From assembly GCA_964388035.1 (NCBI GenBank), contig CAYLZE010000031.1:1-46275 (forward strand): a stretch of DNA of 46,275 nt. Direction: 5' to 3'. Under the pieces are notes generated by a model that saw only the letters and a list, made by a program, of their open reading frames with translations, was not told where the DNA came from and ran no database searches. The position numbers and the translations under genes are program-made. This DNA comes from an uncultured archaeon. Its GTDB lineage: Archaea > Asgardarchaeota > Lokiarchaeia > Sigyniarchaeales > SOKP01. Position 1 is the stretch's first letter. Each line of letters begins with the position of its first letter. Below, in pieces: positions 18,715 through 26,989 of this stretch.

Positions 18715-18950
18715 ATCCCTTTTATAACCTAAAGAAAATATTCTGGAAGTTTATATCGTGGATCTTGAAATAAGCAATAAAACCTAATCAAGCTAATCCC
18801 AATTTGACAAAGATAACAAAATTTTGAATTAATAAGGAGGATATTCCTTATTCTCAAACATTTGAATCCAAAAAATTAGAGATAGAAATATGAAAAAAAA
18901 AGCAATAATCAAAGGATTGCAAAAAGTTCTAAACCAACTCTTTTCAGACT
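18715..18950 (-). pseudogene. Possible decayed membrane-protein gene remnant
   Basis: Reverse strand reads as hydrophobic protein-like segments (VGLELFAIL*LL / FIFLSLIFWIQMFENKEYPPY / IQNFVIFVKLGLA*LGFIAYFKIH) broken by stops and frameshifts. Confidence 0.25.
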
Positions 18951-19046
18951 TATAAATTTATAACTCAGAAAATGCTTTTAATATTATTAGTTTCATATAA
19001 ATTGGATTTTCATTTTTTATAAAAATGTCAAAAACTTGCAATTCAA

Positions 19047-19160
19047 GCAGGGATAACCAAGCTCGGTCAACGGTGATGGACTCAAGATCCATTGACATAG
19101 GTCACCTGATTTCTTTTCGAATCTAGCCTGACTGCGTGGGTTCAAATCCCACTCCCTGCA
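19047..19160 (+). tRNA. tRNA-Leu(CAA) with a ~29-nt intron in the variable arm (about 19104-19132)
   Basis: Acceptor GCAGGGA/TCCCTGC, anticodon arm ATGGA-CTCAAGA-TCCAT, T arm GTGGG-TTCAAAT-CCCAC. Removing 19104-19132 restores T-GAC-ATAG-GTC-TGC, the same length as the Leu(TAG) arm. Confidence 0.9.
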
Positions 19161-19246
19161 TTTAAAATCTAATTTTTATAACTTATTCATGCATTCTAAG
19201 TGGATCTCGTTAAACATGAAAAAATTCATTGATTTTACCTGAGAAT

Positions 19247-19615
19247 TCATTGAAGCTTTAAGAGTTTTTTGTCTTTGAACAATTCATTTAAGAATTCCAT
19301 CAAGGGTTTTAAAATTTCTTCATCTTTTTTTGGAGTCTTTATAAAGAGGAGGAGTAATACCGGTGCTTTTAAAGCAAGGGAAAATCGTTCGCTAATTACC
19401 TTACCTAAGAGTTCCCGTCCAATACCGAACAGCCCATAATTTCCCGTGGATGGCTTAATACCCTCAATGGTGGAGGGAATTCCTAGATAAACACTACCGA
19501 TTCCCATCTCTTTTTGGGTAGAGATGAGGAGGAGAAAACTTTCATGCAATTTGAAAAGCTTGACATAATAAACAGCATCATAAATTTCTCGAGAGGCATC
19601 AATAAATAATTCCAT
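19247..19615 (-). CDS. Proteasome assembly chaperone PAC3/PAC4-like protein
   Basis: Pattern YVKLFKLHESFLLLIS...IGSVYLGIP...LFG...LLGKVISERFS..LKAPVLL parallels eukaryotic PSMG4 as I recall it. Confidence 0.6.
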   Translation of the reverse strand: MELFIDASREIYDAVYYVKLFKLHESFLLLISTQKEMGIGSVYLGIPSTIEGIKPSTGNYGLFGIGRELLGKVISERFSLALKAPVLLLLFIKTPKKDEEILKPLMEFLNELFKDKKLLKLQ

Positions 19616-19686
19616 TTTAGCAAGAAATTAAAGATATGTTTTAGATAAGATTCTTAATTCTTAAATGATTAATTTTGAATGTAAAC

Positions 19687-20490
19687 TTACAATCCTACTT
19701 CCTTCATTGCTTCTTTGGGTTCATATTTCTCATGCACAATTAAGTACAACGCTTTAACAAACTTGGTGGGATCATTGGCTTGAAACACGTTCCTTCCGTA
19801 AGCGACACCCGCCCCTCCCACTTCGATGGATTGCCTGGTAATTTCTAGCACATCTTCAATTCCTCCTTTTTCACCCCCTGCAATGATAACTGGAGCCATG
19901 CATCCCCTTACAACTTCCTTGAATGAGTCCGGATCTCCCGTCCAATTGGTTTTTACTATATCCGCTCCTAATTCTGCGGCGACTCTCGCGGCGATTTTAA
20001 CCACCTCCACGTCATATTCATCTTCAATATTTTCCCCTCTTGGATACATCATGGCGATCAAGGGCATGCCCAGATCCCTACAGTTTCTCGAAACAGTACC
20101 TAAAATTTCAAGCATTTCAGGATCAGATTGCGTGCCAATGTTAATGTGCAATGACACTCCATCCGCTCCAAGCTTTACCGCTTCTAACACTGTATTTACC
20201 AAAACCTTATAATTTGAAAGAGGACTTAATGATGTAGAACCTGAGAGATGGAGAATTAATCCTATATCTGGACCATAGCCGCGATGAGCATACAACGGAA
20301 TTCCAATATGCCCTAACACGGCATTAGCTCCCCCCATGGCAATTTTATTAACCACGTCCCCTAAATTTCCTTCAATTCCCTTAATTGGGCCAACTGTCAG
20401 GCCATGATCCATGGGAACTATAATTGTCCTCTTAGTTTCTCTATTGACGATTCGTTCTAAGCGTATTTTTTTTCCTATATATCCCGACAT
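19687..20490 (-). CDS. 2-amino-3,7-dideoxy-D-threo-hept-6-ulosonate synthase / class I DhnA-type aldolase
   Basis: GKKIRLERI, IVPMDHG...GPI.G, LHLSGSTSLSP, MMYPRG, ELGADIVKT, IAGG, GRNVFQ. Confidence 0.88.
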   Translation of the reverse strand: MSGYIGKKIRLERIVNRETKRTIIVPMDHGLTVGPIKGIEGNLGDVVNKIAMGGANAVLGHIGIPLYAHRGYGPDIGLILHLSGSTSLSPLSNYKVLVNTVLEAVKLGADGVSLHINIGTQSDPEMLEILGTVSRNCRDLGMPLIAMMYPRGENIEDEYDVEVVKIAARVAAELGADIVKTNWTGDPDSFKEVVRGCMAPVIIAGGEKGGIEDVLEITRQSIEVGGAGVAYGRNVFQANDPTKFVKALYLIVHEKYEPKEAMKEVGL

Positions 20491-20609
20491 GGGAGAAATC
20501 ACCTATTTAAATACTAAAGGTTTATTAATTACTTTCTATCTAGTATTATTATACTAAAAAGGTATATCCTTTAAATAATTCGTTCTGAAAAACGCGATCA
20601 AGGATATTC

Positions 20610-20834
20610 ATGGCGTTGAAAAATCAAGAATCTCAAGATAAAGATTTATACGATCTCTATTGTTATAATTGTAATGCACGAATCTTGGACTTGAATCAAA
20701 AGAACTGTCCGAATTGTCATGTTCTATTAAATCCTAATAACATGGAGTGGAAACATAGTTTTTATTACTTTCTTTTACTATTATGCTTGATTCCCATCAT
20801 TATTGCCTTGGTATATTTCTTACTGAGATCATGA
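20610..20834 (+). CDS. Small Zn-ribbon protein with C-terminal transmembrane helix
   Basis: CYNC-x10-CPNC followed by FYYFLLLLCLIPIIIALVYFLL-RS. Confidence 0.7.
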   Translation: MALKNQESQDKDLYDLYCYNCNARILDLNQKNCPNCHVLLNPNNMEWKHSFYYFLLLLCLIPIIIALVYFLLRS

Positions 20835-20881
20835 GGAAAAGTATGAATTTAACTCGAAGGGGTAAATTTCAGATAATTTGA

Positions 20882-21964
20882 CTAATTAGGGAAGAATCCC
20901 GGAAATTCTAACCCCATTTTTTCTGGAAATCCACAGGAAATGTTCATGCATTGAACTCCGTTTCCAGCAGTGCCTTTAACTAAATTATCAAGGGCACATA
21001 ATGCCACGATTCTATTCATGTGATCATCTAATTGGAATCCCACATCTGAATAATTGGTTCCCACTATGGTTTTAGGATCTGGCAACCTAAAAATCCCGAT
21101 CTTTTGATTGATCAATCGTAAAAAGGGTTCCTCTTTGAAACAATCTCGATAAGCTTTAAATAATGTTTTTTCCTCTAAATTTAATCCTTCCTCAAAGAAC
21201 ACATGGGAAGTAGATAAAATTCCTCTTACTAAGTTGATTCCATGAGCTGAAAAACCGACTTTAACAGAACTCCCACTACTGGTGACCTCATTTTGAATAA
21301 GGGTTAATTCTTGTTCAATTTCAGCAGTATGACGATGCCCCGTCATGGAATAAGGGCGAATACTATTTGCCCGAATGGGGTGGTGAGTTGCTTCATTAAA
21401 ACTCGCTCCCGACCCGGAGGATCCCGTTTTGGAATCTACAACAATAGGATTTGTTTTAATAATCTTATTTTTTATTAAAGGATACAAGGCGTAAATTGCA
21501 CTCGATGCATGACATCCTGCCACGGCAATTAAATCTGCCGCTTTAATCTCGTGGCGATGTAATTCTGGTAACCCATAGACGGCCTTATTTAATAGTTCCG
21601 GGCAAGAATGTTCCTTTTTATAATAAGTTACATATAAAGAGGGATCTTTAAGCCGAAAATCTGCACTTAAATCAATTACCTTTAATCCCACTTCTAATAT
21701 CTCAGGAATAAAGGTCTGAGAAATACCATGGGGGGTTGCAATAAAGATAATATCGCATTTTTCTTTGATTGCTTTTATCGAAAATTCTTCAAATTTCAAA
21801 GTTGAGATATTTCTGAAATTAGGATAAATTTGATGGAAATATTTTCCGATTAATTTTCGAGAGGTAATATAGTTTAAATCTACCTTAGGATGAGCACTTA
21901 AAATCCGAACGGCTTCTCCTCCCGCATAACCCGATGCAGCAATCACTCCCACATTTTTTTCCAT
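20882..21964 (-). CDS. argC: N-acetyl-gamma-glutamyl-phosphate reductase (ArgC/LysY family)
   Basis: ASGYAG.E, ATPHG, DLSADFRL, YGLPEL, A.AGC, HRHTAE, DNLVKG.AG. Confidence 0.9.
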   Translation of the reverse strand: MEKNVGVIAASGYAGGEAVRILSAHPKVDLNYITSRKLIGKYFHQIYPNFRNISTLKFEEFSIKAIKEKCDIIFIATPHGISQTFIPEILEVGLKVIDLSADFRLKDPSLYVTYYKKEHSCPELLNKAVYGLPELHRHEIKAADLIAVAGCHASSAIYALYPLIKNKIIKTNPIVVDSKTGSSGSGASFNEATHHPIRANSIRPYSMTGHRHTAEIEQELTLIQNEVTSSGSSVKVGFSAHGINLVRGILSTSHVFFEEGLNLEEKTLFKAYRDCFKEEPFLRLINQKIGIFRLPDPKTIVGTNYSDVGFQLDDHMNRIVALCALDNLVKGTAGNGVQCMNISCGFPEKMGLEFPGFFPN

Positions 21965-22123
21965 TCTATCTTATCTCTTTTCACTAAATTTAATTCAAAA
22001 TTATACTTTTCGTGATTTTAATAAATTATACGAGAATAAAAATTAATTGAAAAAATTTAATGCGTGATATGTCCCTATTCCCACCAAATCAGATTATGAA
22101 CAAGAAATTTAGGATAAAGATAA

Positions 22124-22744
22124 TTATACTCCAAATATATTCCGTAATTCATTATATAATCCCGCTAATTGGGAGATCATATTTGCATCATTATTTTGAA
22201 GGTAATAATTGATATATCCTGCTAAGCCATCTTTATCTTTTATCCATTCTAAAAATGATTCAATTTCTGCTTTTAACATGGGATCGATACCCGCAGGAAC
22301 AGCAGGTGCCACATCCGTGCTCGCCACTTGAGCACTAGAAGAACCTAATTGAGCACTTGTATCTAAGTATGGTCCTTTAGAACTTAATGCGGCTAAACAT
22401 CTCGCAGTTTCAGGATAAGCGGTTCTCATGTCTCCATCGGGCTCAACATATGCGATAACTTTCCGTTCTTCATCTTTTGCTGCAACTATATGGCCTTGTC
22501 CCCGTATTGACGTTGCGGTTAACCGTTCCCCCGTAATTTGTAAAATAGAATATTTTACATTACTGATCATTATAAATTGTGCATTAGCTGCCATCCAACT
22601 CGACATTACTCTATCTACATCTGCGGAAATATCCCAATTATCCGTGGAATATACAATATCTGCCTTTCCCTCAATAATAGCTACTGCAATAATGCTGGGT
22701 TCCGAGGCCATTAAATTGTTAACTGCAGTTTGATAATCAGCCAT
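22124..22744 (-). CDS. Asgard-type profilin with C-terminal extension
   Basis: Residues ~1-125 match the Loki profilin pattern (AII....IVYSTDNWDIS.D, I.NVKY.ILQ.T.ERL.AT.I.G.GH, IAYV.P). A Ser/Ala/Pro linker and ~55-aa helical domain follow. Confidence 0.8.
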   Translation of the reverse strand: MADYQTAVNNLMASEPSIIAVAIIEGKADIVYSTDNWDISADVDRVMSSWMAANAQFIMISNVKYSILQITGERLTATSIRGQGHIVAAKDEERKVIAYVEPDGDMRTAYPETARCLAALSSKGPYLDTSAQLGSSSAQVASTDVAPAVPAGIDPMLKAEIESFLEWIKDKDGLAGYINYYLQNNDANMISQLAGLYNELRNIFGV

Positions 22745-22882
22745 AAAACAACACTCCTTTCTTTCATTAATTTTTAAAGAATACTTGAGAACGTTCTGTA
22801 TTTGTGTTATTTATATCAATATAATAAGTATAAAATTATAATCTTAATTATAACTAATAAAGTTTTTGACCTCCAATGGCAT

Positions 22883-23326
22883 TTATTTCTTTTTTCTAAT
22901 ATTGATTCTTCCAAACTTGGGTTTTACAAAAAGTTCATTTTCACTTTCCTCCTCCTCTTGCTGAATAGACATTTTATTTTCGATAAAAGCTTTATGCCAG
23001 ATATCTTGATGCTGTAATTGTTGCACATGCATTTCCAAGCTGCTCTTAGTAGTGAAAGATTTTCCGCAAATGGGGCAATTAATTATGTGAGATTCGAAAA
23101 GTTTCTGAGGCGGTTTAACAATCACTTTATATTTATTCTTGCGGGAGAAATTTGTCGTGGGCATGCAATGATGTCTTATCAATTTGCCATAAGGAGGATA
23201 ATCAAAAAAAACCTTGCATCCGTGGGTGCATTCCCAATACAACACATCTGCTCCACACTTTCGGCAAGTAGTTTTAAAAGATCGAAGATGACAATGCTTT
23301 CCATGAATCTTAGAATAATGTCGCAT
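22883..23326 (-). CDS. Zinc-finger protein (N-terminal Cys/His cluster plus C2H2 finger)
   Basis: CRKC...CTHGC...HHC and CPICGKSFTTKSSLEMHVQQLQH. Confidence 0.75.
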   Translation of the reverse strand: MRHYSKIHGKHCHLRSFKTTCRKCGADVLYWECTHGCKVFFDYPPYGKLIRHHCMPTTNFSRKNKYKVIVKPPQKLFESHIINCPICGKSFTTKSSLEMHVQQLQHQDIWHKAFIENKMSIQQEEEESENELFVKPKFGRINIRKKK

Positions 23327-23480
23327 TAAATTAAAGTAAAAAAGAAACTTATTAAAATTTTATGATTATGTTCTAAAATGAAATAAGAAAAATGCAAATA
23401 TTATTAACTGGTAAATTTTAAAAACGCAAATATTTAAAAGTCTGCAAATAATAATTCAAATTAAGGACTTGAGATTATGA

Positions 23481-24407
23481 TGGGTTGATGGTCAAATCTT
23501 AAAGGAAGATCCAAATTTATGCCCCGAGTGTGGAAATAACAATCTCATCTTTGAAGAAGATCGCGGTGAAATGGTGTGTGCTCAATGTGGATTGGTCATT
23601 AAAGATAAAATAATCGATTTCGGTCCCGAATGGCGTGCCTTTTCAAATGAAGAGACGAACAATAAAGCAAGAGTGGGTGCACCAACAACTTTAACCTTGC
23701 ATGATAAAGGGCTCAGCACGGTGATAGGATGGAAAAGCACTGATTTAAAGAATCTAACCCCTCAAATGAAAGCAAACGTCTATCGCCTGAGAAAATGGAA
23801 CGTACGGACAAAAATAAATAAATCATTAGATAGAAATCTTTCCCAAGCTTTAAACGATTTGGATCGAATATCTTCCCAATTAAATTTATCAAAAGAAATG
23901 AAAGAATCGGTGGCGCATATTTATCGGAAAATGGCTACTAAAAATCTCATTCGGGGACGTTCCATTGAAGCAATGCTGATTGCATCTATTTATTTAGCCT
24001 GTAGAATAAATAAAATTCCTAAAACTCTTGATGATCTCGCGGCATTTGCATCCGTGGATAAGAAAAAAATTGCTCGTTGTTACCGATTGATCTTAATGGA
24101 ACTTAAAGTTAACCTTCACGTGGCATCTCCAGTAAATTTCATTCCTCGGTTTTGTGCAGAATTGAATTTATCCGGGAAAACTCAGAATAGGGCCGCTAAC
24201 ATTTTAGATTTAGCTAAAAAGCATCAAATCACCACGGGGAAAGCACCCATGGGTTTAGCAGGAGCTGCATTATATGTTGCGGCAATCCAAGAAGGAGAAC
24301 GACGTACTCAAAAGGAAATCTCCTTGACCGCAGGGGTGACGGAAGCAACGATTAGAAATAGGTATAAAGATTTAGTTTCCAACCTCGGGTTTGAATTAAA
24401 TGTTTAA
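23481..24407 (+). CDS. tfb: Transcription initiation factor IIB (start uncertain; frame open from 23481, first in-frame ATG at 23571)
   Basis: Zn ribbon CPECG...GEMVCAQCG.V, ID.GPEWRAF, RVGAP....LHDKGLST, two cyclin repeats, TE.TIRNRYK. Confidence 0.95.
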   Translation, partial: WVDGQILKEDPNLCPECGNNNLIFEEDRGEMVCAQCGLVIKDKIIDFGPEWRAFSNEETNNKARVGAPTTLTLHDKGLSTVIGWKSTDLKNLTPQMKANVYRLRKWNVRTKINKSLDRNLSQALNDLDRISSQLNLSKEMKESVAHIYRKMATKNLIRGRSIEAMLIASIYLACRINKIPKTLDDLAAFASVDKKKIARCYRLILMELKVNLHVASPVNFIPRFCAELNLSGKTQNRAANILDLAKKHQITTGKAPMGLAGAALYVAAIQEGERRTQKEISLTAGVTEATIRNRYKDLVSNLGFELNV

Positions 24408-24418
24408 ATACGATATAA

Positions 24419-24568
24419 TCATCGCACCTTTATGCGTTTGATGATATCTGGGCGTTTTTTATACAAGATCCTGAACCCACAGTGGCTACATTTAATTCCT
24501 GGAAGAGCACTAAGCTCTTTTTTGCTGACTTCTTTCCCACAACTTTTTCGAGCACAAACGTACTTCAT
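24419..24568 (-). CDS. rpo12: DNA-directed RNA polymerase subunit P (Rpo12/Rpb12); missing from the ORF track
   Basis: Manual translation: MKYVCARKSCGKEVSKKELSALPGIKCSHCGFRILYKKRPDIIKRIKVR* (49 aa), with the C..CG.RILYK.R signature. Alternative ATG at 24583. Confidence 0.93.
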   Translation of the reverse strand: MKYVCARKSCGKEVSKKELSALPGIKCSHCGFRILYKKRPDIIKRIKVR

Positions 24569-24673
24569 ACAAAATATAAACATGTTATCTCTAAAAAATT
24601 TTATTCTTAATAGAGGAAATCAGATTTTATATATATTAGCGATGGTTCTATTAAAACTACTAAAAATAAGAAA

Positions 24674-25492
24674 TTAAATATAGAGGGATTTTCTTTTTTC
24701 ATTATCTGTATCTAGGATCTGGAACGATTCTAAGTCCTTTTCCAACTTATTTTTTTTCTTTTCAAGTTTTGAAGTAATATCATCGATATTTTCAAGAGAA
24801 TATTGTTTCTTTACTGGAAGCATGAATGTTTTTTGTACCATTTCAAGTAATGTGATGGAGGCCTTGAGATCGGTGATATCTTCATTGATCATGGCGACAT
24901 TATCCGTTTCTGCTAAAAGGACCAAACCATCAATTCCAAAACGTGCTCTCGCCAAGGTGGGAATGAGTCCATTGGCCCCAATAATCACTCCTTTTTGTAA
25001 TTTTTCAAAAGTATCTTTAACGAGAAATTCACTTAATAACTCTTGACTGGTGGAGGTTACATATATTTTGGGAGTTCTTGAATTAATGGCTTGCTTATTA
25101 ACTGGATATGCACCGAGTGCAATGACCAATTTTACACCAAATTGAAAAAGACATTCTGTTAAAAAATTCGATATTTTATAAATTCCTTTGGGAGTTAAGG
25201 ATTGAGCATCAGCTGTTATCAAAATTATATCTCGTTCTTTATTGGGATCTTTCCAAAAAAGAATCTCGGCTTTCGGAGCAGAGAGGATACTTTCATCCAC
25301 GATCGCTCCTGCGGGATATTCGTCAAAAATTATATCCATGTAATTCTTTGCTTCTAATTGTCCAATCAAGGAATCAACGGCAAATTTTCCTACATCTGCA
25401 ATTCCTGGGCAACCCAAAAACGCAATGGGGTTAATCAAATCTAATTTTGCTTGATCTGAATATTTTATAATTTGTATACCTGATTCATCCAT
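24674..25492 (-). CDS. PAC2-family proteasome assembly chaperone (PbaA/PbaB-like) with C-terminal HbYX
   Basis: G.PG.ADVGK.A.D.L, ADAQ, IALG.Y, G.IIGANGL, LAET; the protein ends in -LYI. Confidence 0.88.
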   Translation of the reverse strand: MDESGIQIIKYSDQAKLDLINPIAFLGCPGIADVGKFAVDSLIGQLEAKNYMDIIFDEYPAGAIVDESILSAPKAEILFWKDPNKERDIILITADAQSLTPKGIYKISNFLTECLFQFGVKLVIALGAYPVNKQAINSRTPKIYVTSTSQELLSEFLVKDTFEKLQKGVIIGANGLIPTLARARFGIDGLVLLAETDNVAMINEDITDLKASITLLEMVQKTFMLPVKKQYSLENIDDITSKLEKKKNKLEKDLESFQILDTDNEKRKSLYI

Positions 25493-25709
25493 TATATCTG
25501 ACCAACTTTTTTTCTTATTACTAAGAAAATGATTGGTTTATTCCTTATTATAATCGTGTATCATCTGAATAGAGTGAAAGTTTTATGATTCATGCATATT
25601 TGTATCAATATTGAGATAATATCTGAAGGGAGGATTTCACCGATTTTTAAGGGTTTTTAAATATTAGCAATAGAGTTAATTGTTATTTCTAAATATTATA
25701 AAATATAAA

Positions 25710-26357
25710 ATGAATGGTTACAATCTCAATTTTCTCTCGTTACTTTCAGATGGTTTTGACAGTCCAATCTCCTCCTATTTGATGATTAAAAAGGGATTTC
25801 ATCCGAGTTTTATTACCTTTGTTGTTTCTGATACGGACGAAAAGCAATTTAAAGATAAAATTATTTCAATCGTGAAAAAGCTTAAAGCTCCTCTAAAAAA
25901 TCCAATAACGCTCCACTTTGTCAATCATTTTTCCAATTTAAATGTTATCCAAAAAGAATGTGATAGAAAATTAACCTGCATTTTATGTAAACGTTTAATG
26001 CTAAGAATTGCCATGCGTATAGCAAATATGAATAACATTAACCTCCTAGTTACCGGAGATATATTAGGAGAACAAGCTTCGCAAACTCTCGATAATCTTC
26101 ATGCATATAATGATTTAATTAAGAACTTCATTTTATTGCGTCCCTTAATCGCATGGGACAAATTAGAGGTGATGGCATTAAGTCGGAAAATTGGCATTTA
26201 TGAATTATGTTCTCAAAAAACCAGTACATGTAGTTATAACCCAACCTATCCTGAAACCCATGCGAAAAAGAATGAAATACAAAGCGCAGAACAAAATTTT
26301 GATGTCGACTCCCATCTTTTAGCATCTCTGGAAAAGATGGAAACTCTCAGAATTTAG
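25710..26357 (+). CDS. ThiI-like PP-loop ATPase lacking THUMP/ferredoxin domains
   Basis: LLSDGFDSP..SYLM.KKG, C.LCKRLM.R.A, TGD.LGEQASQTLDNL, RPLI.WDK.EV...SRKIG.Y. Confidence 0.8.
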   Translation: MNGYNLNFLSLLSDGFDSPISSYLMIKKGFHPSFITFVVSDTDEKQFKDKIISIVKKLKAPLKNPITLHFVNHFSNLNVIQKECDRKLTCILCKRLMLRIAMRIANMNNINLLVTGDILGEQASQTLDNLHAYNDLIKNFILLRPLIAWDKLEVMALSRKIGIYELCSQKTSTCSYNPTYPETHAKKNEIQSAEQNFDVDSHLLASLEKMETLRI

Positions 26358-26773
26358 TCAAACTTTACCTTGATATCTTCCAAGATTTTATTAAATTCCA
26401 CATCATTTAACTCGCATTCTGCATAACTCTCAAGGATGGCACTAATTTTGAATGCAACTAAATGCTTGCAGTAAGCAATCTCTTTTTGTTGCATTACTCT
26501 ATTGAAGTAATCTAAACATCCACAATACATATCGGGATATATGAGATAAGGTTGATGCTCTCCCATCACAATCCAGATAATCCTATTCGAGGGCCGCAAG
26601 ATATATTTTGTAATTCCTCTTCTTAGCGCTTCAATGATGCGTTCAGCAGGAATTGAAAGTATTTTTTCTAAATCTTGTAAGAATTCTTTATCTATTTTTT
26701 TTTTTAGCTTTAGTTGATTAAACTTTTCTTCCAGAAAATTTTCAGAGGCTTCAATTGGGTTTTTATGGGTCAT
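26354..26773 (-). CDS. SWIM zinc-finger protein
   Basis: IW.V.G....Y.I....YCGC.DY.........CKH..A. Confidence 0.8.
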   Translation of the reverse strand: MTHKNPIEASENFLEEKFNQLKLKKKIDKEFLQDLEKILSIPAERIIEALRRGITKYILRPSNRIIWIVMGEHQPYLIYPDMYCGCLDYFNRVMQQKEIAYCKHLVAFKISAILESYAECELNDVEFNKILEDIKVKFD

Positions 26774-26989
26774 TAGAATTCGAAATTATAACTTTTAAAG
26801 CATGAATATAAAATCCTTTAAACGTATTCAGTTGAAAGAATTTGATATAATATTTATTTTCTTTGAATTGTTTTATTTAATGAAATATATGTTCTTTTCA
26901 TATTAGCTATACCATTAATGAAGAATTATAATTAGGTATCGAGAATCCCTTTCAATATTAGATCTAAAAATAAAATCTCCAGAATTATC

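Noticed and set aside
18715-18950. In-frame TGA codons as possible selenocysteine readthrough
   Set aside because: Frameshifts and TAA stops are also present, there is no redox motif and no evident SECIS; decay or chance is more likely.
24432-24677. 81-aa + strand ORF
   Set aside because: Antisense shadow of the real rpo12 gene on the minus strand.
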